Source: a virus | Taxonomy: Duplodnaviria > Caudoviricetes | IMG/VR virus record: IMGVR_UViG_3300042507_002862 | Span: 1 to 60,520 of that record | Length of the DNA: 60,520 bases | Direction: 5' to 3' (one strand) | In this document: positions 53,168-60,520 of the stretch, piece by piece | How positions within the stretch are numbered: the stretch's first letter is position 1 | How the letters are laid out: the number at the start of each line of letters is the position of its first letter | Program-made: the position numbers and the translations under genes | The notes under the pieces: model-generated | Database searches by the model: none | What the model was told of the DNA's origin: nothing | The model's input: the letters and a program-made list of their open reading frames with translations, nothing else

Positions 53168-56100
53168 TCAACATCGAAAAATTCGCTGGGCTGGTAACCA
53201 ATGCGTCTCCGTACTCACTGCCTCCCGGCGCAGCCGTCACGCAAGTCAACGTGCAGTGCCTGTCTCCCGGCCAGCTGAGCGTGCGCCCTGGCATGCAGGC
53301 GTACACGCTGTCTAGCACGGTGTCTGCCACTCGTCCTGTGGTGGCGTCGTTTTCTTTTCAGCATGCGGGCGGCAGCGTGATTGTCTACCAAGACGCTGTA
53401 GGCACTATCTTCTCTGGAAGGTCTACGGCTTCGGACGGCGCACCATCGCTGACCGGCGTCCCCAGCGCGCCGCTCAACGTGACGGCGGTTCCTCAGACCT
53501 CGTCCGTGGCCCTGGACTGGGATCCGCCGGCCGTCACTGGGGGCAGCGACATCACGGGCTACACTGTGCAGGTGTCGCTGGACGGCGGGACCGTGTGGAG
53601 CTACGCGCTCTCCGCCACTGCCAGTGCTGCCACTGCTGCTGGCCTGACGAACGGTCAGGCATATGTGTTCCGCGTGGCGGCGACGAACAACTACGGAATT
53701 GGGCCCTACAGCGCGGCATCTGCGTCAGCCACTCCGGTTGGTGCGCCGGCATCACCGACCAATCTCTTGGCGACCGCTGCCAACTCCGGTGCTTCGCTGA
53801 CATGGTCTGCGCCCACCAACAATGGCGGATCCGTCCTCACCGACTATGCGGTTGAGTACAGCGCCAATGCCGGTCAGGCGTGGACGGTCTTTGCGGACGG
53901 CACCTCCACTAGCACCTCCGCCACCGTTACGGGCTTAACGAACGGTCAGGCATACGTGTTTCGCGTGGCGGCTCGCAACGCAGTTGGGACGAGCGACTAC
54001 GCCACATACATGACCCCTGTGTATCCCATTGGCGTGCCCGACCAAGTGGCCAGCCTGACCGCGACCCACGGCAACGCGCAGGTGACATTGCAGTGGCAGG
54101 CACCCTCTGCCAACAACGTCGGCGGAATCACAGACTATGTCATTCAGCGATCTACGGATTCAGGGGCGACGTGGTCTACGCTGTCGGACGGCACAAACAC
54201 AGACACCTCCTACTTTGTCACGCAGCTGACCAACGGCACGGCCTATCAGTTCCGTGTGTCGGCAGTCAACTCCGTGGGGGCGGGACCATACTCCGCTTCC
54301 ACAGGCAATGTGACCCCAAGAACACTCCCGGGAGCCCCCACCGGCCTGACGGCCACGCCCGGGAATTCTCAGATCGCCCTGTCATGGACCGCCCCAGCCA
54401 GCAGCGGCGGGGCGGCAATCACCGACTATCAGATCCAAGTGTCTGTGGCTGGCGGGGCATATTCTACCGTCACCAAGAGCGCTAGCACTGCAACGTCCTA
54501 CACCGCTACCGGCCTGACCAATGGGACCGCTTACACCTATCGCGTTGCCACCGTCAACTCAGAGGGTGCCAGCGCGAATGTGACTTCGTCCTCAGTGACG
54601 CCGCAGACCGTTCCTTTGGCCCCAACCAATGTCGCCGGCACAGTAGGCAATGGATCTGTGACAGTGCGCTGGTCGGCACCGACCGATGCCGGCGGAAGCG
54701 TCATCACAGACTATCTGATTCAGTATTCCACGGACGGCACGTCTTGGACAACCGTTTCTGATGGCACGTCTACCGTCCTGCAGACAACTGTCGCCGGACT
54801 GACCAATGGAATTTCTTACACGTTCCGGGTCGCGGCGGTGAGTGCGGTAGGAACGGGAAACTACAGCACCCCTAGTGCTGCCTGCGTCCCGATTGGGCCC
54901 CCGGGTGCGCCGACCAACGCTGCGATCAGCGGCGGCAACACTCAGATGTTCGCCAGTTGGACGCAACCCACGTCCACGGGCGGCACGCCGATCACCGGCT
55001 ACGTGCTTCAGTATCGCCGCAGCACAACCACCACATGGACTACCTATGGGACGGTGGATGCGGTGCTGGAGTATACGATCTCGGGCCTCACCAACGGGTT
55101 CACGTACTTCTTCCGCGTGGCCGCTGTCAACGCAGCCGGAACCGGAGCCTACAGCGCGGAGTCCGCAAGCGTAGTGGTTGGCCAGGTTCCCGTGGCGGTG
55201 GCCACGCCAACGATCACCAGCAAATACGCGACCAGCCTTACAGACACCACGCTGACTCTGTCCTGGACCGCCCCCAACGCCTACGGCTCGCGGATCACAG
55301 ACTATCTCGTCCAATACAGCACCAGTTCTTCTGGGCCGTGGACGCTGCATGCTGACGGCGCGGGCACCGCCACTTCGACCACAATCACTGGCTTAAACGC
55401 GACTACGGCATACTATTACCGCGTGGCTGCAGTGTCCACCGTGGGGGCGGGCCCGTACACGTCAACGCCCGTTACAGGCGTTATCGCAACCGCGCCCGGC
55501 ACCCCCACCGTTACCGCAACGGCTGGCGCTGGGTTTGTGACCATCACCTGGACGGCTGTGGACGATGGAGGGGCGGCTATCACTGGCTACAAGCTGTACT
55601 ACCAAGTCGGCACTGGAAGCACGCTCAGCGGCAACACCATAGACCAAGCGATCTACAACGCCAAGATCGACTGGTCCGCTCGCACGGCGATTGTTCCGGC
55701 CTGCGGCGGCCTGCCGCAGTGGAGGGCGCAGCTTGCGTTCACCAACTTTGCGGCCACTGGTTCGTACGGTGCCTCCAACTCCGTGACGCTCATTTCTGGC
55801 ACTACGGCCGATTCGCACTCCATAGATTCTGTGGAGTTTGCCGGTGGCGCGTGCGTGCTGAACGTCACGCTCCCAGCCAAGGGCCCCGCGTGCGGCACCG
55901 AAGACTTGGCGTGCGACTACAGCACGGACGCCGGGGCAACGTGGACGGCAGTGTCTCGCCCCAGCGGCATTCAGGCTTACCCGACATCGCCTGCAGGCAG
56001 GATGTGGCGTGGCTACCGCGGGACAGGCAAGGCGAAATACTGGATTTCCCCGGCTCCCAGCAGTCCGTTCCGAATTCGCTCTCTTGTGTCTAATGGGATA

Positions 56101-56835
56101 ACAAGCGCACTCAGCGGGTCCACGTATGCGACCACAAGCGACCTCACTTCTCCAGACAACTCGGACCCGTACTGGGATGGCGTGCTGTACCTCTGGGACG
56201 CCAATACAGCCAAGACTTTCACTCGCCAATTGAACGGAAGCATTTCGTCCATCAGCGGCAGCACGTCCACCACTTCGGGCTCGGGGCGCTTTGGGTTTTT
56301 GCAAAACAGCGACCAGAATCCGGTGATTAATTTTGGCGGCACGCTCGCCACTGCACCATCGCCTCCATACCCCGTTGATCGAACCGGCCACACCTTGGAG
56401 TGGTGGATGAAGATGCCCGCTTCAGGGCAAACGGCAGAGCCCATCCTGAATATCCCCTTCTACCACGCAAGCATGGCGGCGTATCTGGTTGTGTCGTATT
56501 CCAGCGGCAGCGCAGTAGTGCGACTGTATTACGGCTCATCGATCGGGTCTACGCACTCATACACCAGCCGGACGGTGTCTGGCCTGAACGGTCAGTGGGC
56601 GCATTTTGCCTACGAGGGGTCTAGCGGCAGTGGCTATCTGTATGTGAATGGCGTGCAGTCGTATTACATGAACAGCGCCACCGCCACAAGCGGTTCTGGA
56701 AATCTGAACACTGTCGTTGGGTCTTTGGGCGGAAACAAAATCTCGCCCTCTGCGGTAGAGTCAGTGCGGTACAGCGCATGGACGCGCTATAGCGAAGTCT
56801 TTCAGCCACCCTCCCTGCCCTTCTGGCATCCATAA
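53164..56835 (+). CDS. Large tail protein: nozzle-like N-terminus, about 8 Fn3 domains and a LamG-like C-terminus
   Basis: GTG start coupled to the upstream stop; repeated P.AP..L.A...W.AP...GG..ITDY...GLTNG.AY.FRV.A.N. Confidence 0.85.
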   Translation: MINIEKFAGLVTNASPYSLPPGAAVTQVNVQCLSPGQLSVRPGMQAYTLSSTVSATRPVVASFSFQHAGGSVIVYQDAVGTIFSGRSTASDGAPSLTGVPSAPLNVTAVPQTSSVALDWDPPAVTGGSDITGYTVQVSLDGGTVWSYALSATASAATAAGLTNGQAYVFRVAATNNYGIGPYSAASASATPVGAPASPTNLLATAANSGASLTWSAPTNNGGSVLTDYAVEYSANAGQAWTVFADGTSTSTSATVTGLTNGQAYVFRVAARNAVGTSDYATYMTPVYPIGVPDQVASLTATHGNAQVTLQWQAPSANNVGGITDYVIQRSTDSGATWSTLSDGTNTDTSYFVTQLTNGTAYQFRVSAVNSVGAGPYSASTGNVTPRTLPGAPTGLTATPGNSQIALSWTAPASSGGAAITDYQIQVSVAGGAYSTVTKSASTATSYTATGLTNGTAYTYRVATVNSEGASANVTSSSVTPQTVPLAPTNVAGTVGNGSVTVRWSAPTDAGGSVITDYLIQYSTDGTSWTTVSDGTSTVLQTTVAGLTNGISYTFRVAAVSAVGTGNYSTPSAACVPIGPPGAPTNAAISGGNTQMFASWTQPTSTGGTPITGYVLQYRRSTTTTWTTYGTVDAVLEYTISGLTNGFTYFFRVAAVNAAGTGAYSAESASVVVGQVPVAVATPTITSKYATSLTDTTLTLSWTAPNAYGSRITDYLVQYSTSSSGPWTLHADGAGTATSTTITGLNATTAYYYRVAAVSTVGAGPYTSTPVTGVIATAPGTPTVTATAGAGFVTITWTAVDDGGAAITGYKLYYQVGTGSTLSGNTIDQAIYNAKIDWSARTAIVPACGGLPQWRAQLAFTNFAATGSYGASNSVTLISGTTADSHSIDSVEFAGGACVLNVTLPAKGPACGTEDLACDYSTDAGATWTAVSRPSGIQAYPTSPAGRMWRGYRGTGKAKYWISPAPSSPFRIRSLVSNGITSALSGSTYATTSDLTSPDNSDPYWDGVLYLWDANTAKTFTRQLNGSISSISGSTSTTSGSGRFGFLQNSDQNPVINFGGTLATAPSPPYPVDRTGHTLEWWMKMPASGQTAEPILNIPFYHASMAAYLVVSYSSGSAVVRLYYGSSIGSTHSYTSRTVSGLNGQWAHFAYEGSSGSGYLYVNGVQSYYMNSATATSGSGNLNTVVGSLGGNKISPSAVESVRYSAWTRYSEVFQPPSLPFWHP

Positions 56836-59450
56836 TGTCCATCATCGCGACTCGTCAATCTGGCTCTGTGGTCACCGTGTCTGTGCTGACGGGTGGCTCG
56901 GGCTACGAATCGCCTCCAACGGTAGCGGTGATCGGCGGCGGTGGGACGGGGGCCGCAGCGGTTGCGCACATGGCAGGGACGGCCGTGGAGTCTGTCGTTC
57001 TGACCGCTGGCGGGACTGGCTACACGGGCTCTCCGCAGATCCAGTTTTCCGGCGGCAGCGGCTCGGGGGCTGCAGCCACGGCGTTTGCGTACACCGGCCC
57101 GTTGCGTCCGACATGCTTCTTTAAGGGGCGTGGTAATGACATGTACGGTGTGGACGGCATGGGCCGCGGTCTGCGGTGGACGGGCGACAGCGCCACAGTC
57201 GAAGTCATTGGCATTTCCAAGCCAGCCACCGCGCCTGCCGTAACGGCGAGTTCGTCCGCCGGCAATCGGTATGTCAGCGCCGTCCAGCTAGTGAATGCCG
57301 GGGCGGGCTACAACAACGTGCCGTCCGTGGTGTTCTCTGGCGGCACGCCTAGTCGCGATGCGGTCGCAAAGGCCACGCTGACAAACGGTCGCGTGACGCG
57401 CGTTGATGTCACCGATGGCGGGGCGGGATACCAAGACACCCCTACGGTCACTCTGTCCGGCGGCTTGGCGGGCGGGGCTACGCTGTCTGTTGGCGTCGTT
57501 GGCCAAGTGGATTCGCTTTCCATCGCCTCCCAAGGCACGGGGTACACAGCCGCGCCAGACCTCGTCTTCTCAACGGCGCAGGGCCTGACTCGCGCTGCGG
57601 CGAGCGTGACGGTGGCGGGCGGCAAGGTGACGGCCCTTCGCCTCCTGTCTGCTGGGACCGGCGCAACCACCAGCGGCGTGACGGCCATGCTGGTCGGCGG
57701 GGGCACGGGCGCGCAAGTGTCGGTGGATATGGTGTACCGCGTCAGCGCGCTGACCGTGAGCGCCGGGGGGACTGGCTATCGGTCGGCTCCGGTCATTACG
57801 TTCCGCGCCGCACCGGAAGATCCGGTTGGTGGCGGCGCCGCTGCTACGGCAGTCATTAGCGGCGGAAGCCTCACTGCTGCGACCGTGTATGCCGGTGGTC
57901 AGTATTCAGCCATTCCCTCTGCCTTTGTCATTGACTCCACCGCCAAGGCCACTGCCACACTCACCGCGCCCATGAGCGGCACGTACAAGTGCTGCATTCG
58001 CTATCTAGACTCCACGCCTGAAAGTCGCGGTGGCCCAATACCGTCTTCCATTTCCGATCTGGAGGAAGTGGACATCCCCAATGGCTCTGGATCGTTGACG
58101 TGGGCATTCACCCACAGTGGCCTGGAGGATCGCGTCACCGCCATGGAACTATGGCGCACCACCGCCGATCAGTCCGTGGTGCTATTCCGCGTGGCGACCA
58201 TCCAGCGCTCCTCCCCCAGCTTTTTTGGTTCGTACACAGACACGTTGTCGGACGATGATTTGCGCGACACTGATCGCGAGCAGTACGGGCTCATGCCTGT
58301 CACGCTGCCAAACGGACAGATTAACGCCCGCCGATTCCAGGCGCCTCCCGGGAACTACGGCGTGGCCACCATGTTCCAAGATCGGGCGTGGTATGCCGTG
58401 GACACCTCCGGGGACAGGCCCAACTCGCTCCTGTACAGTGAGGTTGACGAGCCGGAATCCGTGCCGGAAAGCAACGAGCTTGTCCTGCAGGAGAGTGTGG
58501 CGGACCCCGATGCAATCGTAGCCCTAGTCCCACTGGGGTCGCTGCTTGCGGTGTGCCAGTCTCGCCACTTGTATCGCCTGCAGTACGTGGCCCAGCCGGT
58601 GCTTGATGCGTCTATAACGCTGGTGGCCTATCGCGGCATACTCAGTCAGAATTGCTGGGACGTTCTGGGCGGAATCGCATACATCGTAGATAGCTATGGA
58701 CTCTACGCATTCGACGGCCAGCAGGCGGAGCCGGTATCGATCCCGGTGGACAACTACTGGCGAGAGCGCGTCATAAACTTCCAGGCTTCCGCAGCCTTTC
58801 ACGTCCGCGCCGATCATGGCGCCCAGGTGATTCGGTTTTTCTACTGCAGGACCGGCGAGTCCCTTCCCACGCGCGCCCTCTGCTATTGCATAGCTACCAA
58901 GACATGGTGGGAAGAGGTGTTCGCGACGGCCGTCACGGCCTCCACAGAAGGAGTGATCGCTGGTCGGCAGGACACCCTGTGGGGAACTGGCTCTGGGGCA
59001 TTTGCATATAGCGGCGGCTACGCCGACCTCCAAGGCACCCCGATCCCGTATGAGTTCCGCACTGGCAACATGCCTCTGGGCGAATCGCAAACGGACGGCG
59101 GCAGCAGGTCGATTGGCGTCCTGTACAGCCCGACCGTCAATAGCTCGCAGATGCAAGTGCGACTGCACTACAACAACTCCCCTTCCCCGCGCCCAGCAGC
59201 AATCTCCACAGACCGGGGTGGGTTTGCTTCCGCGGCAGGCTCCACGGCCGCAGTGCTGGATCTCCGATCTGCGCGCTCGTCTCTTGGTCCGTCCAACGGG
59301 TTTGCAAAAGCGTACTTCTCAGGCCACAGGGACGAGCGAAGTGTCGGCGGCGACCGGCATGTGGCGGTGGCTGTCGCCGGCACGCAGGCAAGCACGGTGG
59401 CCGGTGACGTTGTTCGGTTGTACGGACTCACCATCGAAGGCGTCAGCTGA
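56835..59450 (+). CDS. Tail nozzle / tubular protein B-like protein with Gly-rich beta repeats
   Basis: 871 aa; GxGY..P.V...GG repeats; propeller-like RAWY..LLYSE..EPES. Confidence 0.65.
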   Translation: MSIIATRQSGSVVTVSVLTGGSGYESPPTVAVIGGGGTGAAAVAHMAGTAVESVVLTAGGTGYTGSPQIQFSGGSGSGAAATAFAYTGPLRPTCFFKGRGNDMYGVDGMGRGLRWTGDSATVEVIGISKPATAPAVTASSSAGNRYVSAVQLVNAGAGYNNVPSVVFSGGTPSRDAVAKATLTNGRVTRVDVTDGGAGYQDTPTVTLSGGLAGGATLSVGVVGQVDSLSIASQGTGYTAAPDLVFSTAQGLTRAAASVTVAGGKVTALRLLSAGTGATTSGVTAMLVGGGTGAQVSVDMVYRVSALTVSAGGTGYRSAPVITFRAAPEDPVGGGAAATAVISGGSLTAATVYAGGQYSAIPSAFVIDSTAKATATLTAPMSGTYKCCIRYLDSTPESRGGPIPSSISDLEEVDIPNGSGSLTWAFTHSGLEDRVTAMELWRTTADQSVVLFRVATIQRSSPSFFGSYTDTLSDDDLRDTDREQYGLMPVTLPNGQINARRFQAPPGNYGVATMFQDRAWYAVDTSGDRPNSLLYSEVDEPESVPESNELVLQESVADPDAIVALVPLGSLLAVCQSRHLYRLQYVAQPVLDASITLVAYRGILSQNCWDVLGGIAYIVDSYGLYAFDGQQAEPVSIPVDNYWRERVINFQASAAFHVRADHGAQVIRFFYCRTGESLPTRALCYCIATKTWWEEVFATAVTASTEGVIAGRQDTLWGTGSGAFAYSGGYADLQGTPIPYEFRTGNMPLGESQTDGGSRSIGVLYSPTVNSSQMQVRLHYNNSPSPRPAAISTDRGGFASAAGSTAAVLDLRSARSSLGPSNGFAKAYFSGHRDERSVGGDRHVAVAVAGTQASTVAGDVVRLYGLTIEGVS

Positions 59451-60217
59451 TGTACACACAATCCGCTCCATCACTGTTCAACGCTCTCAGCGGAGTCCTG
59501 CCGGCCGTGGCGGTGCAAGCCGTCGTTCAGGCGCTGGGCAATTGCCAGCAACCGCTCACGCACCGCGGGCCGGTCACGCTGTCTGCGCCCCAGCCACCCA
59601 ACAACAACGGGGTGGCTGTCGGAGGAACGTGGAACCCCCAGCAATACCAGTACGTGTTCCCGCAGAACTCGTCTCAGTATTACTACGAAGCCCCAAACAT
59701 CGGCGGCTACACCAACGGCGACTGGTACAGCACCAACTACAACGGCGCGCAGTTCTCATTCCCGACGAGCCAAGAGTTTGCGGCCAACAGCTACTACGGC
59801 GGGCCGACCTTCAACGTGGGCGGGAACAGCTTTTTCGACAACACATCCGCTAACAACGCCACCTACCAGAACCTGACCACCAACAACGTGACGGCGCAGA
59901 ACATCAACGCCACCACAATCAACAACGCCCCCCTGCCCTCGCCGTTCTTCTCTCCGAGCCAAGTTGGCGAATACACGGAAAACTACGAATCCAACTTCTA
60001 CGACATGCGCCTGTCTCAGCAGGGAGCCCAGGGGCGGCGCGCCCGCAAGAAATTTGTGACGCGAGTGGACGTTCAGGGATCCCTGACCCTCCCGTATGTG
60101 TTTAAGGCGACGGTGAACGATGACTGCACTATCAAACTCTGGGAGCAGGATTTGACGTTGTCTGTGGATCTGGCCACCGACGCTCCGACCGACGCCATCG
60201 ACTACTTGGCCCCATGA
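59450..60217 (+). CDS. Asn/Tyr-rich putative tail protein (its 3' end is duplicated at 1-186)
   Basis: 255 aa, TGATG coupling. Confidence 0.65.
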   Translation: MYTQSAPSLFNALSGVLPAVAVQAVVQALGNCQQPLTHRGPVTLSAPQPPNNNGVAVGGTWNPQQYQYVFPQNSSQYYYEAPNIGGYTNGDWYSTNYNGAQFSFPTSQEFAANSYYGGPTFNVGGNSFFDNTSANNATYQNLTTNNVTAQNINATTINNAPLPSPFFSPSQVGEYTENYESNFYDMRLSQQGAQGRRARKKFVTRVDVQGSLTLPYVFKATVNDDCTIKLWEQDLTLSVDLATDAPTDAIDYLAP

Positions 60218-60520
60218 CGTGTACTAATCACGGCCGGTGCTGCAACCGCGCGGACTGCACAACCGGAGTGGCCCGGTGCAGCTGCAAGGCATGCAGCGGC
60301 CTGTCCTGGTCATCAGACAATGATTGCAGGGACGGTGCCTGTTGGCTGAACGAGGACGGCGTCTACTCCTGCATCCAAACCAACCCATGCGATTGCGTGT
60401 ACCGGGGCGGTGAATTTGCAGGAGCCGCCACCACTTGCCCAGGAGATGGCTCTGGCCCACCACCACCACCCCCTCCCCCTCCGCCGCCGGAAGACCCGGG
60501 GCCTATTCAGTCTTACTGCT
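60032..60520. repeat. Terminal direct repeat / circular assembly overlap, copy 2
   Basis: Matches 1-489 at 481 of 489 positions. Confidence 0.97.

Overview
The window is a complete, circularly assembled ~60.0-kb double-stranded DNA tailed-phage genome; bases 1-489 recur at 60032-60520 with 8 substitutions. It is probably podovirus-like (no tape-measure, tail-tube or sheath gene; large putative ejection proteins) and possibly temperate. A planctomycete-like host is inferred only from gene content. Modules: virion/ejection genes (183-10250); tyrosine integrase next to a promoter and a 5'-tRNA-Arg fragment (candidate attP); RecE-like exonuclease/Erf/SSB and a split superfamily-2 helicase; small middle genes containing a ~350-nt highly structured non-coding segment; a membrane-protein and protease cassette (subtilisin S8 plus a papain-like C1 peptidase with a LAGLIDADG intein at its catalytic Cys) in a genome with no recognisable endolysin; a phage sigma factor; a leftward operon of small early genes ending in a serine recombinase; a divergent control region; then scaffold, capsid, glycosyltransferase, terminase, portal, fibre and tail genes. 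The best leads are the possible protease-based lysis cassette with its intein-gated protease, a recurring GGACAMT-N6/7-TAG motif ahead of late operons, the 5'-tRNA attP/promoter switch, a 17-nt gap in the helicase that resembles a bypass or re-initiation site, and the candidate ncRNA. All calls come from manual motif reading; no database searches were run.
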